Shown: piece after piece, positions 8,400 to 19,400 of the stretch | How the letters are laid out: each line of letters starts with the position of its first letter | How positions within the stretch are numbered: position 1 is the stretch's first letter | Assembly (NCBI RefSeq): GCF_004010195.1 | Contig: NW_025214959.1 | Span: forward strand, 19,279 to 56,321 | Reading direction: 5' to 3' | From: Chiloscyllium plagiosum | Lineage: Eukaryota | Length of the DNA stretch: 37,043 nt | The notes under the pieces: generated by a model | Told to the model about the DNA's origin: nothing | Database searches by the model: none | The model's input: only the letters and a program-made list of their open reading frames with translations | Program-made: the position numbers and the translations under genes

Positions 8400-8681
8400 T
8401 TAGTCTAAAGAGATAATATCTAACCCATGGCTGGAGCCAGGTGCACTGATTGTGCTGCCACTGTTTAGAGTTGTTGTCTCAGGGTGACTATGCTGACTGC
8501 TCCTCAGGACACTGCTGGAGATGATGCTGCTACTCCTGTTGGCTGAGCCATGCATTCCACTTGTCGAGCTAACCACAGGTTCCAGAAAATGCGGCGAGGA
8601 CGTGAACTGGAAGAAGTGGTTGAGCGATGATCGCATGGCAGTCTGGTCCTCGGAGGAGCTGCTGATAACAGAACTGTAATG
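8400..8681 (-). CDS. PIAS3: PIAS3-like last coding exon: HYSSVISSSSEDQ...LNHFFQFTSSPHFLEP...GLDIISLD*
   Basis: Ends in the PIAS1/2/3 signature DIISLD-stop, and 'HY..VI.S..E....L.HFFQ' aligns with PIAS3/PIAS1. Acceptor tgcctgcag|CAT; TAA at 8402-8400. The paralogue call rests partly on linkage to POLR3C. Confidence 0.88.
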   Translation of the reverse strand, partial: HYSSVISSSSEDQTAMRSSLNHFFQFTSSPHFLEPVVSSTSGMHGSANRSSSIISSSVLRSSQHSHPETTTLNSGSTISAPGSSHGLDIISLD

Positions 8682-9009
8682 CTGCAGGCAAAATGGACAA
8701 CATGTAAATAACAGAAACACTGAAAATGATCAGATGCTGGAACCAACTACCCGACTGCTCCCAACCTTCTGCAATGACTCAGAGTCCACTTCCCTCAGTT
8801 TATTAGCTTTTAGAATCTGAACTTTTTAAAGAATGCATTGAAGGTGCTCCACTCCACATCTAAACCAATGCTATACCTGTCCTGGGAGTGTGTAGGGGGT
8901 CATTATACTGCATCCAAGCCAGTGTTCCTGACCTGGAGTAACTGGTCCTAGTGGAAACTTTAAAAGACCTCTTGGGCTGTGCATCAGAACTAAGCCAACG
9001 CTCACCGAT

Positions 9010-9691
9010 CTGAGCAGACAGTGAAAGTGGTTATGTAAGACTACTAAGGGAACTTGATGAATTGAGCCAATGGGCTGATGAGAGGCACGTGAGGTTTTAT
9101 TTAGATAAATGCAAGATGTTACAATTTGTTAAGACAAACTAAAGGCAGGACTTTAAACAGTTAATGGTGGAACCCTGGGGAGTGCTAACAAACACCGAGA
9201 CCTAGGGCTTCAGGAACATAATTCCTTGAAAGTTGCTTCATAGGTAGACAGGGTGGTTAAGAAGGTGTTTTGCACACTTGTCTTCATTGCTCAGACCACT
9301 GAGTAGAAGAGTTGGAATGGCATATTGCGGCGGTACAGGACACTGGTGAGGCTGTGTACAGTTCTGGTTGCCATGCTATAGGAAGAATGTTATTAAATTA
9401 GAGAGGGTGTAGAAATGATTTACAAGGATATTACTGGGACTGGATGGTTTAAGTTACAAGGAGAGGCTGGATAGCCTGGGACTTACAGGTGGTTCATATG
9501 TGGAATGCCAGAGGAAGTGGTGGGTGTAGGTACAGTTACAACAGATAAAAGACATCTGGACAGGTACACGAATAGGAAGGGTTTAGAGGGTTATGGGTTA
9601 AATGCGGGCAAATGGGACGAGTTTAGTTTGAGAAACTTGGTTATCATGTACAAGTTGGACTGAAGGGTCTGTTCTGAGACATATGACTCTA
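9010..9691 (+). mobile_element. CR1-clade (HER1-like) LINE 3' fragment with internal deletions
   Basis: Decayed ORF2 motifs 'ELDELSQWAD...F.LDKCKMLQF.KTN', 'RDLGLQEHNSLKVAS.VDRVVKK' and 'LSYKERLDSLGL'. It ends in an ATGACTCT tail unit. Confidence 0.88.
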
Positions 9692-9783
9692 AGAATAAAA
9701 GTTTGGAGCCACTTTATGAGAAAATGAACAATAACTCGAGCTGTATGAAGGCAGGTGGATGATAAATAAGTCATTCCCATTTA

Positions 9784-10047
9784 GGGAGGGCGCAGTGGCT
9801 CATAGCACCAGGGACCCAGGTTCGATTCCAGCCTCGGGTGGGTTTCCTCTGGGTGCTCCGGTTTCATCCCACGATCCAAAGATGTGCAGGTCGGGTGAAT
9901 TGCCCATGCTAACTTGCCCATAGCGTTCAGGGATATGTAGGTCAGGGGTAAACAGAGTAATAGGTGAACGGGTCTGGGTGGATTGTTCTTCGGAGGATCA
10001 GTATGGACATGTTGGGACAAACGGTCTGTTTCCACACTGTAGGGATT
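9784..10047 (+). mobile_element. HE1-type tRNA-derived (V-domain) SINE of elasmobranchs
   Basis: A-box-like CAGTGGCTCA, B-box GGTTCGATTCC (9819-9829), V-domain GGGTTTCCTCTGGGTGCTCCGGTTTC..CCCAC..TCCAAAGATGTGCAGGT, and a LINE-derived tail CTGTTTCCACACTGTAGGGATT. Confidence 0.85.
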
Positions 10048-10251
10048 TGACATAAAAGTCGAACTTACTTTCTCTAAAGTGAGAGCCCTCATCGTCCTAA
10101 CGTGTGCACAATTTGTTTGCCTCACTATACACGTCCATTAGGCAGCTTCTAATATGCATTTCTAAACTGCACCTGACCTACTTGTTGAGGCACATTGCAG
10201 ATTCAATCCACGAGAAGCATACAGATCAGAAAGGTGATCAGTTGTACTCAC

Positions 10252-10289
10252 CTGACTGTCTGCTTGCAAGAAAGAAAATAAATCTAAAC
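10252..10289 (-). CDS. PIAS3: PIAS3-like 38-nt coding exon: (G)LDLFSFLQADSQ
   Basis: Matches PIAS3 'GLDLFSFLQTESQ'. Acceptor cttacag|GT and donor CAG|gtgagt, with phases that fit both neighbours. Too short to appear in the ORF track. Confidence 0.92.
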
Positions 10290-10382
10290 CTGTAAGAGAA
10301 ATCAGACAAAAAGAAAGTCAGACATGGGCAAGCGAGGGGCCCAGTGTGGAGGTGGAGAAGAGCTGGAACACAAAGGAATTAC

Positions 10383-10522
10383 CTTGAATGTCAGATGGTA
10401 GTGGAGGCATCTGGTAGGAGAACTGGTATTCTGGAATAGAGAGAGATGGGAGGTATTCGGACGTAACCACATTTGTCGCAGGACTCTGCAGCATTGGTGA
10501 GAGCTGGTGAAGGTTCAGCAAC
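10383..10522 (-). CDS. PIAS3: PIAS3-like coding exon: (Q)LLNLHQLSPMLQSPATNVVTSEYLPSLSIPEYQFSYQMPPLPSDIQ(G)
   Basis: Acceptor ttgtcag|G and donor CAAG|gtaatt; 140 nt, phase 2/1. Ends in '..DIQG' as PIAS3 does. Confidence 0.88.
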
Positions 10523-10574
10523 CTGACAACATTAAAAAGGAGAAAAGTTTCGTACAGACAACTACAGCTCAGGC

Positions 10575-10850
10575 ACTGTGTAGAGGAAAGGAACTGTGTG
10601 TGGAAGACAGGGGTACTGTGTAGAGAGGGGGGAAGACAGCTTGTGGAAGACGGGGGTACGGTGTAGAGAGGGAGTGGGTGACAATGTGTGGACGACCGGG
10701 GTACGGTGTAGAGGGAGATCTGTGTGGGGGTGGGACAGTGGTTCTGTGTAGAGAGGGGGGAGACAGCGTGTGGAAGACAGGGGTACGCTGCAGAGAGGGA
10801 GGGAACAGAGCGTCGGGGGACCTGCGTACAATGTAGAGAGGGAGTAGAGT
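10575..10850. repeat. G-rich ~40-45-bp minisatellite, about 7 diverged copies, filling most of a PIAS3 intron
   Basis: GTGTAGAGAGGG...GTGTGGAAGAC.GGGGTAC recurs at ~10578, 10618, 10661, 10706, 10746, 10787 and 10831. Confidence 0.85.
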
Positions 10851-10912
10851 GCAGGCATCACAGGTTAAAAAATAAAGAGACTGTGGGAGATTCTGGAACA
10901 TAAATAACTTAC

Positions 10913-11084
10913 TGCTTGTTGACTGAGGGCAAGTTTGTCGGGGTCACAACATGACAATGTCTTTTCATTGGAGCTTCATCCTCATCTGATGAACTGTCTA
11001 ATGTCAGGTCAATCACCTCCGCATTCTGGCTGCTTTGGGAGCAGTACTTCCCTCGTGATGATGGCTCCTTATAAACGGTGCTGG
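10913..11084 (-). CDS. PIAS3: PIAS3-like coding exon carrying the SUMO-interacting motif and acidic domain: (A)STVYKEP...AEVIDLTLDSSSDEDEAPMKRHC...SVNK(Q)
   Basis: EVIDLTLDSSSDEDE is the PIAS SIM with its acidic/CK2-site tract. Acceptor atttcag|CC and donor CA|gtaagt; 172 nt, phase 1/2. Confidence 0.93.
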
Positions 11085-11118
11085 CTGAAATCATGAAAAC
11101 ATCACTGTCAGCAGAACC

Positions 11119-12310
11119 TTCAGTACCGGATCACCCTCACCGCCTGTACGGCCCGGTTTCAGTACCGGATCACCTGTACAGCCGGTTTTAGTACCGGATC
11201 ACCCTCACCGCCTGTACGGCCCGAGTGCACCACCGGATCACCCTCACCGCCTGTACAGCTCGATTTCATTACCGGATCACCCTCACCGCCTGTACAGCCC
11301 AATTTTAGTACCAGATCACCCTCACCACCTGTACGGCCTGACTGCACCACGGGATCATCCTCACCGCCTGTACAACCCGACTACAGCGCCGGATCACCCT
11401 CACCACCTGTACAGCCCGATTTCATTACCGGATCACCCTCACCGCCTGTACAACCCGACCACAGCGCCGGATCACCCTCACCGCCTGTACGGCCCGACCA
11501 CAGCGCAGGATCACCCTCACCGCCTGTACAGCCCGATTTCATTACCAGATCACCCACACCGCCTGTACAGCCCGATTTCATTACCGGATCACCCTCACCG
11601 CCTGTACGGCCCGGTTTCAGTACCGGATCACCCTCACCGCCTGTACGGCCCGACTGCACCACCGGATCACCCTCACCGCCTGTACGGCCCGGTTTTAGTA
11701 CCGGACCACCCTCACCACCTGTACGGCCCGGTTTCATTACCGGATCACCCTCACCGCCTGTACGGCCCGGTTTTAGTACCGGATCACTCTCATCGCCTGT
11801 ACAGCCTGATTTCAGAACCGGATCACCCTCACCCCCTGTACGGCCCGGTTTTAGTACCGGATCACCCTCACCCCCTGTACGGCCCGGTTTTAGTACCGGA
11901 TCACCCTCACCACCTGTACGGCCCGGTTTTAGTACCGGATCACCCTCACTGCCTTTACAAGCAGACTACAGCGTTGGATCACCCTCACCGCCTGTACAGC
12001 CTGATTTCATTACCGGATCACCCTCACCGCCTGTACGGCCCGGTTTTAGTACCGGATCACCCTCACTGCCTGTACAGCCCGGTTTTAGTACCGGATCACC
12101 CTCACCGCCTGTACGGCCCGAGTGCACCACCGGATCACCCTCACCGCCTGTACAGCCCGATTTCATTACCGGATCACCCTCACCGCCTGTACGGCCCAGT
12201 TTCAGTACCGGATCACCCTCACCGCCTGTACAACCCGACTACAGCGCCAGATCACCCTCACCGCCTGTACGGCCAATTTCAGTACGGCATTACCCTCACC
12301 GCCTGTACAT
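11119..12310. repeat. 39-bp CpG-rich minisatellite, about 30 variant copies, intronic in PIAS3
   Basis: Unit CAGTACCGGATCACCCTCACCGCCTGTACGGCCCGGTTT, with recurring variants (..TTTCATTA.., ..GACTACAGCG.., ..GTGCACCA..). Confidence 0.97.
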
Positions 12311-12536
12311 CCTGATGTCAATACAGTATCCCCCTTACTGTCTGTATAGTCAGAGTGCCCCCAATGTGCCTTCCTCCTGCTAAAACTGCTCTCTGGAGAG
12401 GAGTGATTCAAATCCCCAACCTCACTGAAACATACACATCCTGAATGACAACACAACATGAGTGAAGACAACATTCAGGAGGCTTCAGTCTGACTCAAAG
12501 ACAGGGCCAAGCCTGTGACTTGCAGCTTCACATTAC

Positions 12537-12670
12537 CATCAATACTGCTGTAGGATGACCAGTAGGGCTCTTGCTTTACTCTCTTTGGTTGCATTGGGCT
12601 CCAGGATCCATCCTCCTTGAAGAGGATCTCATCACAGTGAGTGCAGGAATTGAGGATTTCCATAAAGAGC
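12537..12670 (-). CDS. PIAS3: PIAS3-like coding exon immediately C-terminal of the SP-RING: (G)LFMEILNSCTHCDEILFKEDGSWSPMQPKRVKQEPYWSSYSSID(A)
   Basis: Matches PIAS 'GLFMEIL..C.DCDEIQF.EDGSW.PM'. Acceptor tcttcag|G and donor GATG|gtaatg; 134 nt. The upstream exons are not in the window. Confidence 0.94.
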
Positions 12671-12918
12671 CTGAAGATGGAAACAGAGTGATAGAGCTTA
12701 ATGTGTTTTTTTTTAGAATGAGACTCGGGGATTTTGGTAGTGGAGTTGAGAAGGACGTCTGTATCCATCTTTTCCACACAATAAATACAAGCATCTTGCA
12801 CCTGCGTTCCACCCCCCACACCCTATAAACACATGTATTCAATCTATATCACCCTCTCACATAAACACAGCTAACCCTTACATGTCTCTCCACCCCCCCC
12901 CTCACACACACACACACA

Positions 12919-13428
12919 ACTCTCCCGTCTCCCACACACACACACACACACAGCTCTCCCGTCTCCCACACACACACACACACACAGCTCTCCCGTCTCC
13001 CACACACACACACACACACAGCTCTCCCGTCTCCCACACACACACACACACACAGCTCTCCCGTCTCCCACACACACACACACACACAGCTCTCCCGTCT
13101 CCCACACACACACACACACACAGCTCTCCCGTCTCCCACACACACACACACACACAGCTCTCCCGTCTCCCACACACACACACACACACAGCTCTCCCGT
13201 CTCCCACACACACACACACACACAGCTCTCCCGTCTCCCACACACACACACACACACAGCTCTCCCGTCTCCCACACACACACACACACACAGCTCTCCC
13301 GTCTCCCACACACACACACACACACAGCTCTCCCGTCTCCCACACACACACACACACACAGCTCTCCCGTCTCCCACACACACACACACACACAGCTCTC
13401 CCGTCTCCCACACACACACACACACACA
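12919..13428. repeat. Minisatellite block A: 15 x 34-bp GCTCTCCCGTCTCC(CA)10
   Basis: Unit starts at 12919, 12953, 12987, 13021 ... 13395. The first unit begins with A instead of G. Confidence 0.97.
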
Positions 13429-16400
13429 GCTCTCCCGTCTCCCACACACACACACAGCTCTCCCGTCTCCCACACACACACACAGCTCTCCCGTCTCCCA
13501 CACACACACACAGCTCTCCCGTCTCCCACACACACACACAGCTCTCCCGTCTCCCACACACACACACAGCTCTCCCGTCTCCCACACACACACACAGCTC
13601 TCCCGTCTCCCACACACACACACAGCTCTCCCGTCTCCCACACACACACACAGCTCTCCCGTCTCCCACACACACACACAGCTCTCCCGTCTCCCACACA
13701 CACACACAGCTCTCCCGTCTCCCACACACACACACAGCTCTCCCGTCTCCCACACACACACACAGCTCTCCCGTCTCCCACACACACACACAGCTCTCCC
13801 GTCTCCCACACACACACACAGCTCTCCCGTCTCCCACACACACACACAGCTCTCCCGTCTCCCACACACACACACAGCTCTCCCGTCTCCCACACACACA
13901 CACAGCTCTCCCGTCTCCCACACACACACACAGCTCTCCCGTCTCCCACACACACACACAGCTCTCCCGTCTCCCACACACACACACAGCTCTCCCGTCT
14001 CCCACACACACACACAGCTCTCCCGTCTCCCACACACACACACAGCTCTCCCGTCTCCCACACACACACACAGCTCTCCCGTCTCCCACACACACACACA
14101 GCTCTCCCGTCTCCCACACACACACACAGCTCTCCCGTCTCCCACACACACACACAGCTCTCCCGTCTCCCACACACACACACAGCTCTCCCGTCTCCCA
14201 CACACACACACAGCTCTCCCGTCTCCCACACACACACACAGCTCTCCCGTCTCCCACACACACACACAGCTCTCCCGTCTCCCACACACACACACAGCTC
14301 TCCCGTCTCCCACACACACACACAGCTCTCCCGTCTCCCACACACACACACAGCTCTCCCGTCTCCCACACACACACACAGCTCTCCCGTCTCCCACACA
14401 CACACACAGCTCTCCCGTCTCCCACACACACACACAGCTCTCCCGTCTCCCACACACACACACAGCTCTCCCGTCTCCCACACACACACACAGCTCTCCC
14501 GTCTCCCACACACACACACAGCTCTCCCGTCTCCCACACACACACACAGCTCTCCCGTCTCCCACACACACACACAGCTCTCCCGTCTCCCACACACACA
14601 CACAGCTCTCCCGTCTCCCACACACACACACAGCTCTCCCGTCTCCCACACACACACACAGCTCTCCCGTCTCCCACACACACACACAGCTCTCCCGTCT
14701 CCCACACACACACACAGCTCTCCCGTCTCCCACACACACACACAGCTCTCCCGTCTCCCACACACACACACAGCTCTCCCGTCTCCCACACACACACACA
14801 GCTCTCCCGTCTCCCACACACACACACAGCTCTCCCGTCTCCCACACACACACACAGCTCTCCCGTCTCCCACACACACACACAGCTCTCCCGTCTCCCA
14901 CACACACACACAGCTCTCCCGTCTCCCACACACACACACAGCTCTCCCGTCTCCCACACACACACACAGCTCTCCCGTCTCCCACACACACACACAGCTC
15001 TCCCGTCTCCCACACACACACACAGCTCTCCCGTCTCCCACACACACACACAGCTCTCCCGTCTCCCACACACACACACAGCTCTCCCGTCTCCCACACA
15101 CACACACAGCTCTCCCGTCTCCCACACACACACACAGCTCTCCCGTCTCCCACACACACACACAGCTCTCCCGTCTCCCACACACACACACAGCTCTCCC
15201 GTCTCCCACACACACACACAGCTCTCCCGTCTCCCACACACACACACAGCTCTCCCGTCTCCCACACACACACACAGCTCTCCCGTCTCCCACACACACA
15301 CACAGCTCTCCCGTCTCCCACACACACACACAGCTCTCCCGTCTCCCACACACACACACAGCTCTCCCGTCTCCCACACACACACACAGCTCTCCCGTCT
15401 CCCACACACACACACAGCTCTCCCGTCTCCCACACACACACACAGCTCTCCCGTCTCCCACACACACACACAGCTCTCCCGTCTCCCACACACACACACA
15501 GCTCTCCCGTCTCCCACACACACACACAGCTCTCCCGTCTCCCACACACACACACAGCTCTCCCGTCTCCCACACACACACACAGCTCTCCCGTCTCCCA
15601 CACACACACACAGCTCTCCCGTCTCCCACACACACACACAGCTCTCCCGTCTCCCACACACACACACAGCTCTCCCGTCTCCCACACACACACACAGCTC
15701 TCCCGTCTCCCACACACACACACAGCTCTCCCGTCTCCCACACACACACACAGCTCTCCCGTCTCCCACACACACACACAGCTCTCCCGTCTCCCACACA
15801 CACACACAGCTCTCCCGTCTCCCACACACACACACAGCTCTCCCGTCTCCCACACACACACACAGCTCTCCCGTCTCCCACACACACACACAGCTCTCCC
15901 GTCTCCCACACACACACACAGCTCTCCCGTCTCCCACACACACACACAGCTCTCCCGTCTCCCACACACACACACAGCTCTCCCGTCTCCCACACACACA
16001 CACAGCTCTCCCGTCTCCCACACACACACACAGCTCTCCCGTCTCCCACACACACACACAGCTCTCCCGTCTCCCACACACACACACAGCTCTCCCGTCT
16101 CCCACACACACACACAGCTCTCCCGTCTCCCACACACACACACAGCTCTCCCGTCTCCCACACACACACACAGCTCTCCCGTCTCCCACACACACACACA
16201 GCTCTCCCGTCTCCCACACACACACACAGCTCTCCCGTCTCCCACACACACACACAGCTCTCCCGTCTCCCACACACACACACAGCTCTCCCGTCTCCCA
16301 CACACACACACAGCTCTCCCGTCTCCCACACACACACACAGCTCTCCCGTCTCCCACACACACACACAGCTCTCCCGTCTCCCACACACACACACAGCTC

Positions 16401-19400
16401 TCCCGTCTCCCACACACACACACAGCTCTCCCGTCTCCCACACACACACACAGCTCTCCCGTCTCCCACACACACACACAGCTCTCCCGTCTCCCACACA
16501 CACACACAGCTCTCCCGTCTCCCACACACACACACAGCTCTCCCGTCTCCCACACACACACACAGCTCTCCCGTCTCCCACACACACACACAGCTCTCCC
16601 GTCTCCCACACACACACACAGCTCTCCCGTCTCCCACACACACACACAGCTCTCCCGTCTCCCACACACACACACAGCTCTCCCGTCTCCCACACACACA
16701 CACAGCTCTCCCGTCTCCCACACACACACACAGCTCTCCCGTCTCCCACACACACACACAGCTCTCCCGTCTCCCACACACACACACAGCTCTCCCGTCT
16801 CCCACACACACACACAGCTCTCCCGTCTCCCACACACACACACAGCTCTCCCGTCTCCCACACACACACACAGCTCTCCCGTCTCCCACACACACACACA
16901 GCTCTCCCGTCTCCCACACACACACACAGCTCTCCCGTCTCCCACACACACACACAGCTCTCCCGTCTCCCACACACACACACAGCTCTCCCGTCTCCCA
17001 CACACACACACAGCTCTCCCGTCTCCCACACACACACACAGCTCTCCCGTCTCCCACACACACACACAGCTCTCCCGTCTCCCACACACACACACAGCTC
17101 TCCCGTCTCCCACACACACACACAGCTCTCCCGTCTCCCACACACACACACAGCTCTCCCGTCTCCCACACACACACACAGCTCTCCCGTCTCCCACACA
17201 CACACACAGCTCTCCCGTCTCCCACACACACACACAGCTCTCCCGTCTCCCACACACACACACAGCTCTCCCGTCTCCCACACACACACACAGCTCTCCC
17301 GTCTCCCACACACACACACAGCTCTCCCGTCTCCCACACACACACACAGCTCTCCCGTCTCCCACACACACACACAGCTCTCCCGTCTCCCACACACACA
17401 CACAGCTCTCCCGTCTCCCACACACACACACAGCTCTCCCGTCTCCCACACACACACACAGCTCTCCCGTCTCCCACACACACACACAGCTCTCCCGTCT
17501 CCCACACACACACACAGCTCTCCCGTCTCCCACACACACACACAGCTCTCCCGTCTCCCACACACACACACAGCTCTCCCGTCTCCCACACACACACACA
17601 GCTCTCCCGTCTCCCACACACACACACAGCTCTCCCGTCTCCCACACACACACACAGCTCTCCCGTCTCCCACACACACACACAGCTCTCCCGTCTCCCA
17701 CACACACACACAGCTCTCCCGTCTCCCACACACACACACAGCTCTCCCGTCTCCCACACACACACACAGCTCTCCCGTCTCCCACACACACACACAGCTC
17801 TCCCGTCTCCCACACACACACACAGCTCTCCCGTCTCCCACACACACACACAGCTCTCCCGTCTCCCACACACACACACAGCTCTCCCGTCTCCCACACA
17901 CACACACAGCTCTCCCGTCTCCCACACACACACACAGCTCTCCCGTCTCCCACACACACACACAGCTCTCCCGTCTCCCACACACACACACAGCTCTCCC
18001 GTCTCCCACACACACACACAGCTCTCCCGTCTCCCACACACACACACAGCTCTCCCGTCTCCCACACACACACACAGCTCTCCCGTCTCCCACACACACA
18101 CACAGCTCTCCCGTCTCCCACACACACACACAGCTCTCCCGTCTCCCACACACACACACAGCTCTCCCGTCTCCCACACACACACACAGCTCTCCCGTCT
18201 CCCACACACACACACAGCTCTCCCGTCTCCCACACACACACACAGCTCTCCCGTCTCCCACACACACACACAGCTCTCCCGTCTCCCACACACACACACA
18301 GCTCTCCCGTCTCCCACACACACACACAGCTCTCCCGTCTCCCACACACACACACAGCTCTCCCGTCTCCCACACACACACACAGCTCTCCCGTCTCCCA
18401 CACACACACACAGCTCTCCCGTCTCCCACACACACACACAGCTCTCCCGTCTCCCACACACACACACAGCTCTCCCGTCTCCCACACACACACACAGCTC
18501 TCCCGTCTCCCACACACACACACAGCTCTCCCGTCTCCCACACACACACACAGCTCTCCCGTCTCCCACACACACACACAGCTCTCCCGTCTCCCACACA
18601 CACACACAGCTCTCCCGTCTCCCACACACACACACAGCTCTCCCGTCTCCCACACACACACACAGCTCTCCCGTCTCCCACACACACACACAGCTCTCCC
18701 GTCTCCCACACACACACACAGCTCTCCCGTCTCCCACACACACACACAGCTCTCCCGTCTCCCACACACACACACAGCTCTCCCGTCTCCCACACACACA
18801 CACAGCTCTCCCGTCTCCCACACACACACACAGCTCTCCCGTCTCCCACACACACACACAGCTCTCCCGTCTCCCACACACACACACAGCTCTCCCGTCT
18901 CCCACACACACACACAGCTCTCCCGTCTCCCACACACACACACAGCTCTCCCGTCTCCCACACACACACACAGCTCTCCCGTCTCCCACACACACACACA
19001 GCTCTCCCGTCTCCCACACACACACACAGCTCTCCCGTCTCCCACACACACACACAGCTCTCCCGTCTCCCACACACACACACAGCTCTCCCGTCTCCCA
19101 CACACACACACAGCTCTCCCGTCTCCCACACACACACACAGCTCTCCCGTCTCCCACACACACACACAGCTCTCCCGTCTCCCACACACACACACAGCTC
19201 TCCCGTCTCCCACACACACACACAGCTCTCCCGTCTCCCACACACACACACAGCTCTCCCGTCTCCCACACACACACACAGCTCTCCCGTCTCCCACACA
19301 CACACACAGCTCTCCCGTCTCCCACACACACACACAGCTCTCCCGTCTCCCACACACACACACAGCTCTCCCGTCTCCCACACACACACACAGCTCTCCC

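Noticed and set aside
9784..9840. tRNA gene (A/B boxes)
   Set aside because: The head has deletions, I could not form a cloverleaf, and it continues into a V-domain and LINE tail, so it is a SINE.
11159..12349. ORFs with collagen-like or fibroin-like GGEGDP repeats
   Set aside because: They are translations of the 39-bp intronic minisatellite, broken by stops, with no Gly-X-Y periodicity or splice support.
12933..13428. pUG-fold quadruplex from UG repeats
   Set aside because: The tracts are only 7-10 UG repeats, below the roughly 12 contiguous repeats that fold requires.
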